From assembly GCA_964016885.1 (NCBI GenBank), contig OZ024740.1:30938001-31002000 (forward strand): DNA of 64,000 nucleotides, read 5' to 3'. The notes below the pieces were generated by a model. The model had not been told where the DNA came from. It saw nothing but the letters and a program-made list of their open reading frames with translations, and did not search any database. The position numbers and the translations under genes are program-made. Source of the DNA: Eledone cirrhosa. Lineage: Eukaryota. Positions 1 through 10,470 of this stretch are shown in pieces (positions within the stretch are counted from its first letter, which is position 1; each line of letters opens with the position of its first letter).

Positions 1-2575
1 CAGAGGCAAAAAGTGGGAACAAGTCCACGATTCGGTCTTTGAAGGACCAGGATGGGCGTGTGATCCTTGAACCTGGGCAGATGTATGCGGCCTTTCAGCG
101 GCACTTTGCACGACTGTTCGAGAGGGGCGGCGCGCCGGGTGAGACTATGGATTTCAATCCATACCTCGACGGTCTGCCGCGCCTCTCGGACGCGGAGGCG
201 AAGTCCTGCGAAAGGACGATTTCAGCTGCTGAGATAGGGGCGGCGCTGAGCCAATGCGGCAAACGCAAATCCCCGGGTCTCGATGGTCTACCATACGAGC
301 TATATGTAGCGATGCCGGACTTGTTCTCCGATATCCTCGAAGCGGTCTACTGCAACTGGCAGCAGAACGGGAGAATTCCCAGTTCTGTGACCAAGGGCGT
401 AGTTACGCTGGTGAGGAAGGACGAGAACAAGGGGGATGACATAAGTAACTTCAGGCCCATAACTCTGCTAAATACAGAGTTAAAGATTTTGGCCAAGGTG
501 TTAGCGAAGAGGTTGGCGCTTGTCGTTGGAAACCTGGTGGGAGAAGCGCAGACATGCGCAATCCCGTCCAGGTCCATTCACGACAATCTCCACCTTATCC
601 GATACATCATAGAGAGGGTAGGGAATGAACCCGGCTTTGGTGGGGCCCTGATCAACTTGGATCAATCTAAAGCTTTCGATAGGGTTGACCATCGTTACCT
701 GGATGCGGTGCTCGCGGCGGCAGGCTTCGGACCCATTTTCAGGGGTTGGATTGCTGCGATGCACAGCAGCAACATCTGCTCAAGGGTCAAGGTGAACGGC
801 CACCTCTCGGAGCCGTTCCAAATCATGCGATCCATCCGACAGGGATGCCCTCTCTCCTCCCTACTGTATGTGCTGGCTCTTGAGCCACTACTGCGGAAGT
901 TGGAGCGGTTGCAGGGCATCCCTTTGGAACCGGGATTGCAGAAAGCGGCGTCGGCCTACGCCGATGACGTGACAGTAATGGTGTCGAAAACCTCGCAAAT
1001 CGGTGAGATCGGCACCTTACTGGAGGAATATGAAAGGTTTACAGGAGCCAAGCTGAACCGGGACAAGTCCGTCGGTTTGCAACTCGGAACATGGAGAGGC
1101 AAACCGATGCCCTCCAACGACGTCGTCGGACGCTGGACGGAGGGCCCGGTGAAGCTGCTTGGGGTCTGGTTCGGACCAGACCTCCAGGTGGAGAAAAACT
1201 GGAACGAGGTAACGGCCAGGGTGTTTGCACTCACCCAGAAGTGGGCCCAGTGCAAACTATCCCTGAAAGGTCGAGCGGAGGTGGCGAATACTTATATAGC
1301 ATCCGTCATCTACTACCGCTTGACCGTCGTGCCTTGCCCAGTGAAAAGACTCGCCAAAATGGAGTGCGCGCTGTTCCAATTTCTTTGGAACAAGCGGACC
1401 CCTTTGGTGAGGAGATCCATCTGCTGTCAACACCCTTCGAAAGGAGGGCTGGGGATGCCGTGGCTACAAATGCGTAAACACGCATTAAGGCTACGGCACC
1501 TCCAGGTATTCCTCACCGGTCAACCGGCGTGGGCCCCGTTTGTGAGGCGAGCCTTTCCCAGACTCGTCTCGCTCACCGAGCTGCAATCCTGGGTCAAGCA
1601 AAGACCGAGAAAAGTGGGCGACTGGCACATTGAATGTGCCCAGGCGCTCACGGTCCTCTGGAAAGCGGACCCGGCAATCAGTGGAGACTCCACGTCGACA
1701 TTCTATAGAGGGTTGGTACGCAGCAGGTGCGACGATGCTCTCGGAGAAGCTCTAGGCATGGAGGAAGATGAACTGGCCAGTCTGTTCGGTAGGACGTTTG
1801 GCCCTGGACCGATGGACAACTTCCAAAAGTCCCTGGCTTGGCAGTGCTACCGAGGGGCTCTACCCGTTCGAGACAAGCTCCACAGGCATGGGAGCCTGGG
1901 TAGAGATCCTTTGAATAAGATCTGTCCGAGATGCGTGCATGATGACGAAACCGTTGCGCACGCATTCGTACACTGCCCAGGCATTGCTGACCTGTGGGGC
2001 TATGTGGAACGACTACTGTCGAGGGTGGGACCAATCCGGTTGACCACCGAGTCCATTGTCACGATCAAACCGCCTCCCCCTTTCAAAAACGAAGGAGAGG
2101 CGGTTTTTCTCTGTGTGGTAGCCATGGCTAAAGAAGTTGTATGGTGGACGAGGCTGAAAGGGCTGAGGTCAGACACCTTTCTCTCCGGCCAACAACTGGT
2201 CCCCTTTTTCAAATACCATTTTAAAAGAAGGATCAGAATGGAGAGAGAGGTGCTCTACCCCAGCAAGTTTTATGAAAGGTGGGTGAAAGTAGGGAGAATG
2301 GCCAGAGTGAATGGGTCTTCTCTCTATATCAGCCTGTAGGTGAAAGAAGAGGAAAAAGAGGAGACGAGGGAAGCACCTACTCTTTGTGCTCCTGAGGAGA
2401 AGGGTTACACATTTTTTCCGGGGTGTGTGCGACCCATGTTAATGCCCCCTCCCTATTGAGGACTTCGTTTGTTGTTGTTATTTCATTGTTATATTTTTGT
2501 ACTCGTTAATTATATGTAAACTTCCCCCCTTGTATCTGTCCCTACCTTTTGTGCCCTAGTGGCAAATAAAGAAAC
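1..2575 (+). mobile_element. Tx1/L1-clade non-LTR retrotransposon, 3' part (ORF2 + 3' UTR); 5' end lies outside the window
   Basis: ORF 39-2339 has L1/Tx1 RT motifs (KSPGLDGLP, FRPITLLN, LDQSKAFDRV, RQGCPLS, AYADD) and a C-terminal CPRC...ETVAHAFVHC zinc knuckle; the 3' UTR ends at AATAAAGAAA (~2566-2575). Confidence 0.92.
39..2339 (+). CDS. LINE ORF2 reverse transcriptase + CCHC domain (partial; frame open at window start)
   Basis: Uninterrupted 766-aa frame with all RT motifs including the YADD box. Confidence 0.9.
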   Translation: MKDQDGRVILEPGQMYAAFQRHFARLFERGGAPGETMDFNPYLDGLPRLSDAEAKSCERTISAAEIGAALSQCGKRKSPGLDGLPYELYVAMPDLFSDILEAVYCNWQQNGRIPSSVTKGVVTLVRKDENKGDDISNFRPITLLNTELKILAKVLAKRLALVVGNLVGEAQTCAIPSRSIHDNLHLIRYIIERVGNEPGFGGALINLDQSKAFDRVDHRYLDAVLAAAGFGPIFRGWIAAMHSSNICSRVKVNGHLSEPFQIMRSIRQGCPLSSLLYVLALEPLLRKLERLQGIPLEPGLQKAASAYADDVTVMVSKTSQIGEIGTLLEEYERFTGAKLNRDKSVGLQLGTWRGKPMPSNDVVGRWTEGPVKLLGVWFGPDLQVEKNWNEVTARVFALTQKWAQCKLSLKGRAEVANTYIASVIYYRLTVVPCPVKRLAKMECALFQFLWNKRTPLVRRSICCQHPSKGGLGMPWLQMRKHALRLRHLQVFLTGQPAWAPFVRRAFPRLVSLTELQSWVKQRPRKVGDWHIECAQALTVLWKADPAISGDSTSTFYRGLVRSRCDDALGEALGMEEDELASLFGRTFGPGPMDNFQKSLAWQCYRGALPVRDKLHRHGSLGRDPLNKICPRCVHDDETVAHAFVHCPGIADLWGYVERLLSRVGPIRLTTESIVTIKPPPPFKNEGEAVFLCVVAMAKEVVWWTRLKGLRSDTFLSGQQLVPFFKYHFKRRIRMEREVLYPSKFYERWVKVGRMARVNGSSLYISL

Positions 2576-2576
2576 C

Positions 2577-2985
2577 ACTCTATATATACTATTGTATTTT
2601 CATAGTAAAGGCTTCACCTCACATAATATCTCACATAACATTTACATAACTCTATATATACTATTGTATTGTCACAGTAAAGTCTTTACCTCACATAATA
2701 TCTCACATAACATTTACATAACTCTATATATACTATTGTATTTTCATAGTAAAGGCTTCACCTCACATAATATCTCACATAACATTTACATAACTCTATA
2801 TATACTATTGTATTTTCATAGTAAAGGCTTCACCTCACATAATATCTCACATAACATTTACATTACTCTATATATACTATTGTATTTTCATAGTAAAGGC
2901 TTCACCTCACATAATATCTCACATAACATTTACATTACTCTATATATACTATTGTATTTTCATAGTAAAGGCTTCACCTCCCATA
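2577..2985. repeat. 72-bp tandem repeat, ~5.7 copies
   Basis: Unit actctatatatactattgtattttcatagtaaaggcttcacctcacataatatctcacataacatttacata starts at 2577, 2649, 2721, 2793, 2865 and 2937. Confidence 0.95.
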
Positions 2986-3133
2986 CTTATCTCACATATA
3001 TCAAATCTATGAGATTTTGATATTATTTATTTTGAGAAAATATCTGTTTGAGCAGCCAGTTACAGCCGGTTTAAACAGAAAGAGGTGAGATAATTCTGGC
3101 CGGATATGGCCGGTTTAAATGCTAAAGGGTTAA
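2577..3133. mobile_element. piggyBac-like (TTAA) MITE; left end lost, internal part tandemly amplified
   Basis: Ends in aatgctaaaggg-TTAA (3118-3133); the body matches the copy at 8449-8640, which begins TTAA-cccattagcattt. Confidence 0.65.
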
Positions 3134-3165
3134 TGTAATTTACAAACTGAATCAGCATGACACAA

Positions 3166-3443
3166 TACAAGGGCCAGCTGAAAAGTTCATAGGCTGACCA
3201 AGATACTCTCATGGAATGACCAAATGAGGTTTATTTTTCAACATAGTCCCTGGAAAGAAACAATGGAGTTATTAATACGAAGAATTGAAATTAATTGTTT
3301 CTACTTTAGGCACAAGGCCAGCAATTAGCCAGTGCATTACTGGTACTTTATTTTATCGACTTGAAATTAATGCATGAAAGATTTCACAGCTCTAGCATCA
3401 ATCTATCATAGTCAGCCTAAGAACTTTTCAGCCCACATCCGTA
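3166..3443. mobile_element. mariner-derived MITE containing a SINE fragment
   Basis: Imperfect TIRs TA-caagggccagctgaaaagttcataggctgac / gtcagcctaagaacttttcagcccacatccg-TA; SINE piece at ~3293-3360. Confidence 0.7.
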
Positions 3444-3879
3444 TGTGACAACGCTATACCATTGAATTATAGGTACAAATCATCTGACAGGCTTCCACGC
3501 AGTTTCCATCTATCCAGCTAATTTCACAGTGCTTGGGTTGACCCGAGACTATGTTAAAGACACTTGCCCAAAACACCACATGGTGGGGGTTGAACCCAGG
3601 ACCTTGTTGCTGTGAAACTTTTTAATGACTCAGCCATGCCTACACCCTGATTCCTCCTCATACACACAAATGGGGGTGTTAATCAGAGCAACTACCCAAG
3701 AACAGGAATGATCCCTCTAATGGGCTTCCACACCATGTCCATCTACCAAATTTCACTCACAACATATTGAATAACTCAAAGCTATGGTAGAAGACATTTT
3801 CCCCAAGATATTGTGCAGTGAGATTGAAACTGCAGTTGTGAAGCCATGCCTGCATTTATTTTGAATGATTATTTTGAGA

Positions 3880-3990
3880 GTCCAGCTGGATCAATTGGAG
3901 ACGGTTGCTTCTGGCAGGACCTGTTAGAAGGCGCAGAACTCTGCCCACTACGATCCTCCCAGGAATAAGTGGATGAAGAAGGAGGAGGTG
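3880..3990 (+). mobile_element. Short 3' end fragment of an RTE LINE
   Basis: tccagctggatcaattggaga...actctgccc...ataagtggatgaagaag resembles the 3' end of the RTE piece at 25440-25552. Confidence 0.5.
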
Positions 3991-4745
3991 AAGGAGGGGG
4001 GGAGAAGGTGATGGTGATTAAAAGTGTGATCGGGGAAAATGGATGTTATTCTCATTAATACCAATGCTTGGGTTTCAACTTTAAGTGTGAACGAGCTTGT
4101 CCCCTAACTTTTCAGAAATTAAATATAGATATACATATTGGTAGCTGTTATTGTTTAGCTCCAGGTCATGCCTGTTTGATCATTCAATCATTTTAAGGGC
4201 ATATAACACTATGTTATCTAATGTGCTCTTTCCTTATTTGTTTGTTTGACTGCTATTTCTAGCAGGTTAAGCTATCACATAGAGGCTCCCTTGTTGGTTT
4301 GATTTATCAGGTCTTCGTTTGATATATCAGACCTATGATCAAAGGCATTTTAGCTCTGACTATCACCCCTTTTTCAGACATGGTTTAACTCAGACTATGT
4401 TATCCAATATGCCTTTTTTTCTTTTTTTCTTTTTTTTTCTTTTTTTAAAGATAAAATGTGATATGAGATTTAGCTGCTATATCTAGCCCAAGAACCATGT
4501 ACTGGCTCCCTCGTTAGCCAGAGACTTCGTTATTGGCTGGATACTTCCCTCAGTTGTTATGTAGTACCAGGTCAGATCTATAGCACACAGGTAGTTAGTC
4601 AAACAGCCAGGCATGACATACAGATCAGTCTTCCAGTTACACCATGTCTTTACCTAGTTAAGGGACCTACTGCACATTCTAATATCTAGGGATGAGACAT
4701 ATGAGATACAGAGTGATGGTATGGACATATTACATTCTCTACACT

Positions 4746-5344
4746 GTGATGCGCATGCAAGACGACAGCTGTATAAAAAAGTGCTGGGCAATCAAAATTG
4801 ATGGAAGTTACGGAGTAGGTAGACCAGAAAAACCTGGGATGATTTGATAAATTCCAACCTCACACACTTACACCTCTCTAAGATAATGTCACTGGACCGA
4901 GATCTTTGGCGCCATGCAGTAATACAGAAGACCCGCCTTGCCTATGTATAAAGCGAAACCTACAGTCAGTAGGCACCTCTTAACCAAATATACACCCCCT
5001 CCCTCTACCCCCTACTCCCCCACCCCCACCAACATCACCCTTTCTCTGTAAAGTTATGTTGGTACCACAACATCCAGTCCTAAATAAATGAGGTCGTGTA
5101 GGTGTCACGACAAAAAAACACACAGTCCACGCTGTAATGTGGCCGTGTAGGTAACACGGTAAAAACCTCCCAGTCGACACTGTAAATGTGGTTGGTGTTA
5201 GGAAGGGCATCCAGCCATAGAAAACCTACCAGACAGTCCTGTACGAGCGAGACACTGTCACCCGACCAATCTTACCTCAAGTGGGACAATTCCCGTCTAA
5301 ACCCATGCTAGCGTGGAAGATAGATGTTAAACGATGATGATGAT
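4746..5344 (+). mobile_element. 5'-truncated RTE LINE (ORF C-terminus, 3' UTR, (GAT)n tail)
   Basis: VMRMQDDSCIKKC... and a 3' UTR nearly identical to the reverse complement of 9108-9710 and 18833-19420. Confidence 0.88.
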
Positions 5345-5474
5345 ACTGTCAAGTCTATTTCTGTGTGTCCATAGATTCTGGAGTGTCCATAGCATATATA
5401 GTGACATGAACTGTAGAAGTTGAAATTCACTGCTACAATCAAGTTAGTCCCTCACATATCCAGTGAAAACACTA

Positions 5475-5735
5475 GGCCTAGTGAAGGGGTCGGACTTACA
5501 ATCATAACACCTTGGGTTCAATTCCTGGACCATGTTGAGTGTTGTGTTCTTGAGCAAAACACATTTTACATTGCTCTATAAGCTGAAAATGAGTACCAAC
5601 AGTAGCTGGGGGTTTTACCCTGTAATGAACTGGTTTCCTGCCCAATGGGGAGTCTTGTAACCTCATTCACATAGCACCAAGGAAACTAGGATAAGTACTG
5701 GCCTAATGAGCCCCAAGGCCTGAGACAGACTTCAT
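5475..5735 (+). mobile_element. Degenerate tRNA-derived SINE
   Basis: A-box-like ggcctagtg, B-box ggttcaattcc, then gttgtgttcttgagcaaaacac; similar to 57000-57266 (-). Confidence 0.6.
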
Positions 5736-5992
5736 TTTAAGTATTTTTGTTTTGCTGTGTAGGTCAGTTGATGTAGTCAAAGTACAACCTGGGTGTAAGA
5801 TACTGTTTTGTGTACTTTGTAACTTATTGTATTGAAATTGTGTAAAAGGCCAGATTAAGCCAGCATGAAACTTGTAGAATATATTATAAAAGGGCCTTAA
5901 ATTTTAAAATTAGCTATGTTATCGAATTATAATTATATTTATGGATCCAATTGTTATGATTTTTTAAAATATATGGTTATATTTTATTCCAG

Positions 5993-6102
5993 AGACACTT
6001 ACTTTCCCATTTAAGCTGTCATTCAATGAAACATTCAACACAACATTACTGAACAAAGGTTCTCCTCTATACCTAGAATTGTCAAAAAATATTACTACAG
6101 AG
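5993..6102 (+). CDS. Host gene exon A: N-terminal part of SEA domain
   Basis: tttattccAG acceptor, GTaaga donor; encodes TLTFPFKLSFNETFNTTLLNKGSPLYLELSKNITTE (SEA-like F-N..L.N..S..Y..L...I pattern); phase 1 to 0. Confidence 0.82.
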
Positions 6103-6589
6103 GTAAGACTGATCATTTCTATATAAATATCTATATAAAATAATGGTTTCTAATTTAGGCACAAGGCCAACATTTTGTGTGGGTGAGAGTAGAAAGTCGA
6201 TTGAATTAACTCCATTACTTGACTAGTACCTTATTTTCTCAACCTTGGAAGGACGAAAGGCAAAGTGAAATAATAAAGGATGAAAAAATAAATTACTTTA
6301 AGTTATAATATTATTAAGTCCATAGTTATGTAATGATTTATTGTGTGAAATGAAGATTATATTATCAGATATAATGGAACCATTTCAAATCTTAGAAGTT
6401 TATAGAGAAAAATAAGTGAAAAGGCTCAGAACACTTATTTTTCAGAGAGTAAAATTATATGTATACTAATAGCAGTCTCTAAGGTGAAATAGGAATGGTA
6501 GAATGTTAAAGTAATGTGGTTAACGGGAAGAAAGAAAGGAAGAAAAGAAGGAAGAAGAAGAAGGAAGGAAAGAAAGAAAAGTTAAAGTC

Positions 6590-6930
6590 CCAACAGGTTC
6601 TAGATAAACTGTCCAAGAAGCATTGCAGTTGCTCCTCAGAAGCTATTGCTAGTGCAGCTTTGTCTGCAAACATGTCCCTGATGGGTACTTCATGTACTTT
6701 AGTTTTCATTTTCAGTCATGACAAACTGAACAGTTTGACATCCAATCTCGTGTGAAGGTAAACACCATCAGCTGATGTACCAAAGATGTGCTTCAGTATT
6801 ATGGTGATGCCAAACAGGGTAGGAGTAAGCATCCAGTCTTGCTTTTCACCACTGCAGATGTTGAAGACTTCCAAAGAAGAGCCATCAAATTGAATCACGA
6901 CCTTCACGTCCTACTGAACTACTCTATGAA
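6590..6930 (-). pseudogene. Decayed RTE (BovB-like) RT fragment
   Basis: FDGSSLEVFNICSGEKQDWMLTPTLFGI...GVYLHTRLDVKLF...MFADKAAL...EEQLQ: degenerate GVKQGC/PTLF/FADD motifs, with stops. Confidence 0.7.
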
Positions 6931-7829
6931 GATCCTCAGAAGACAGCCAGCATCACATCACCAGAACAGCACATCACAGAATGCAACAGTCTATTGGTTA
7001 TATGCCTGCATTTGATGGTACTATGATAAAATGCATCCAGTCTACCCTGTAAAGTAGTAAAGCTGGTGCCACTATAAAATACATCCAGTCCACCCTGTAA
7101 AATAGTAGTGCTGGTACTATGGTAAAATGTACCCAGCTGTAAAGTGATTACCATTAGAAAGGGCATCCAGCCATAGATATAGTGCCAAAATGAAACATAT
7201 AAGCAAGGCATGGTCATCTGAGCTGTCTAATCATGGAACGTGAGAATCTGTTCAACCCATGCCAGCAGGGAAAAAGGGCAGAAAACAGTGATGATGATGA
7301 TGGTGATCAATTCAGTCTACTTGTAAAGAAAGAAAACATTGAGAAAAAGAGATTCATTCTAAGTGACATGTGCAAGTATAGAAATTACATATATGAGAGT
7401 CGTCATATTGCTTCTCTTTCGTTTATGTTTTACATCATCACGTTTCAAATGTATGGATGTAGGCATGATTGAAGAATTTATAACCATGACTTCCATGGTT
7501 CAATATTGGGCACTTTTTACCAGTCAACTCAAGCCTTCATAAGTGAAATTGAGTTGACGGAAATTGTAAGAAAGCCTGCCAGATGGATTCATGTCTGGAA
7601 TTCAAAGGTTAATTCGGCCTAAAAATTATGTTAAGGGCACACATTTTAGTGCAAACTCAGCCAGTTACACATCAATTTAACAAATAGAATGTCCAATTGA
7701 TTGAACAACTGAATTTGTTTCTCACTATTAAAACTGACTGAGGATTTTCATCAGTTTCATGTGTAATCAAGTACTCATTGTGCAAGCGTAGAGTAAGAAA
7801 AAATTTATTTATTTTTCTTTATTTTTCAG

Positions 7830-7888
7830 CTAATTAAAGCATTCCAAAGAACACCAGGCTTCATCTCAGTATTTGTCACAGGATTCAG
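7830..7888 (+). CDS. Host gene exon B: SEA domain middle
   Basis: Long polypyrimidine tract + cAG, donor GTaaat; encodes LIKAFQRTPGFISVFVTGF(R); phase 0 to 2, matching exons A and C. Confidence 0.85.
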
Positions 7889-8448
7889 GTAAATCAATAT
7901 GTCTCCTTGTAAAAATATCGATTTCTGATTTAGGTACAATGCCAGAAAATTTGGGGGAAGGACAAAATTGATTAACTCAACCCCACTACTTGACTAGTAC
8001 TTTATTTTACCAATCCAAAGTTGACCTTATTGGTGAAGTTGGAGGAGAAATTTGATAGAAAACTGCACTTGAAGTTATTCAAGAGTTGTATCAGCAAGGG
8101 ACATCAATCATTATGAGTGCTGTATTAACAAATTTACTACCAATAAGCAGGAATTACTGAATCCATACCATGGAGAGTTGAATTATAGTGATCTCCTTAA
8201 GATCAATCAACAGCTAGCCTATAAAGAAAATGATGGTGAACATAGCATGGAAGAGAGCATTTTAAAATGGGAAATGAATTTGCAACTATTTCAGAAAATG
8301 CTTTGCACTGCTGAAGAGTTACAGCTAAAAATGATTGACTTAGATGCACATCTTGAAAGAAGCATGCAATTTCCTGATTGATAAAGTACTGACCTATGAC
8401 AAAACAACCTTAACACATTTAATTTTAAAAAATGACTAGTAATATACA

Positions 8449-8640
8449 TTAACCCATTAGCATTTACGTTACTCTATATTTACTATCGTATTTTCATGGT
8501 AAACACTTTATCTCATATACTATCGAATCTACGAGATTTTGATGTTATTTATTTTGAGAACAATACCTTAACATAAGTATGAGCAGCTGGTTATGGCTGG
8601 TTTGAACAGAAAGAGGTGAGAGAATTCTGGTCAGATACTT
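8449..8640. mobile_element. piggyBac-like MITE, right end missing
   Basis: TTAA-cccattagcattt start is the near-inverse of the aatgctaaaggg-TTAA end at 3118-3133; the body is shared (gagattttgat, aacagaaagaggtgaga). Confidence 0.6.
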
Positions 8641-9107
8641 TTGAGACCGATGGATGTCATTTATGTATATATGTAATAATGGTTTAGATCGATATCCAGT
8701 GGTTTTAATCTTGTTGCTTACAATTTGCTCAACAAATTCATTTGGAGCACACACATAGCATCAAGTGTAAGAAAACATTCCCAGCCAGAAGCCTAACCTA
8801 TGAAAACAGTGTAATTATTGTATTGTCAAATTAGCATATGAAAATGTTAAAGTACTCACAATTTCATCAATTGAAACAGCCAGTATCTTCCTAGTTTAGC
8901 TCACAAAATTCTGCTGGATTACAAAATCTGTAGTTTCAAAGTCCATGGAGAATCCCTTGGTCATTGATTAACAATAAATCCATAACCAGCAAATTCTGGA
9001 CAGGGGAACTCTCGTCATCCAGCAGTCCATTGAGGAGTTTCCAAAAATTGACCATACTACTAAATTTTCAAGTAGGTGCAGGTATCCCATATGTGGTATT
9101 AATATGT

Positions 9108-10375
9108 ATCATCATCATCATCATCATTGTTTAACATCTATCTTCCACGCTAGCATGGGTTAGACGGGAATTGTCCCACTTGAGGCAAGATTGATCGGGT
9201 GACCGTGTCTCGCTCGTATAGGACTATCTGGCAGGTTTCTACGGCCGGATGCCCTTCCTAACACCAACCACATTTACAGTGTGGACTGGGAGGTTTTTAC
9301 CGTGTTACCTACACGGCCACATTACAGCGTGGTCTGTGTGTTTTTTTGTTTTGACACCTACACGACCTCATTTATTTAGGACTGGATGTTGTGGTACCAA
9401 CATAACATTACAGAGAAAGGGTGGTGTTGGTGGGAGTGGGAGGATAGAGTAGGGGTAGTGAGTTGGCATGTATATTTGGTTAAGAGGTGCCTACTGACTG
9501 TAGGTTAACTTTACACGTAGGGAAGGCGGGTCTTGTGTATTATTGCGTGGCGCCAAAGATCTTGGTCCAGTGACATTGTTTTAGAGAGGTGTGAAAGATC
9601 GGATTTTATCATGTCATCCCTGGGTCTACCTACTCCATAACATCCATCAATTTTGATCGCCTTGCACTTTTTTATTATGCTGTCATCCTTCATGCGCATC
9701 ACGTGGCCATACCAACATACTCTTCTCTCAAGTAAACTGCATCTGATCCCTCTTATTCCTAATTTCTCACTTAGTTCATTTCTGTTTTGCCGTTTGTGTA
9801 TATTACTATTACACATCCAACGGAGCATGCATGCTTCGTTCCTTTCCAATCTACGCAGGTCCTCTGCACACAATGCCCAGGTCTCACTGCCATGTAGCAT
9901 TGCTGTTCGTATACAAGCATCATACAATCTGCCTTTCATTTTTAGAGAGAAACCTTTTGTGGCCAACAGCGGTATAAGCTCTCTGAACTTTTTCCATCCC
10001 GTTCTAACTCTGGCTACTGTACTTTCAGAGCACCCTCCTCCACTGCTGATTTTGTCACCCAGGTAACGGAAAGTGTCCACTATTTCTATAGAACCATCTG
10101 GGCAGTAGAAGGAGTTAGTTTCCTGTGAGCACTTGCTACTTATTGCACCTGAGCATCGGCCACATATAAAATCTACATTTTTAGATAGCTTACCGGTGAT
10201 CCCACTACATCTTTTATGTATCCATAGTTTGCATTTGGGGCATAAAATGGAATTTCTATCTACTCCTTTCCTACACACTGAGCATGGCCATTTCCCAGAG
10301 GGAATCTGTGTCCTATTTTCCTTTCTATATACTAGAACTTTAGTCTTAGACAAGTTAACTCTAAGGCCTTTTGAT
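9108..10375 (-). mobile_element. 5'-truncated RTE LINE with Cys/His finger region
   Basis: ORF 9511-10494: GLRVNLSKTKVL, CSVC..CPKC..WIHKRC..CGRC, FRYLG, WYGHVMRM, GRPR; (CAT)n tail on + strand. Confidence 0.92.
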
Positions 10376-10470
10376 ATATATGTATATACATATGTATATA
10401 TATACATACATATACATATGTATATACATTTATATAAAAAAACACACACATACATATATATATATGCATA

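Noticed and set aside
2559-3020. 153-aa repeat ORF
   Set aside because: Translation of the MITE-derived 72-bp tandem repeat, with a GTG start inside the LINE 3' UTR.
8030-8400. Possible Tigger/pogo transposase C-terminal remnant (ORF 8178-8381)
   Set aside because: Only a vague resemblance; no catalytic motif or TIR found.
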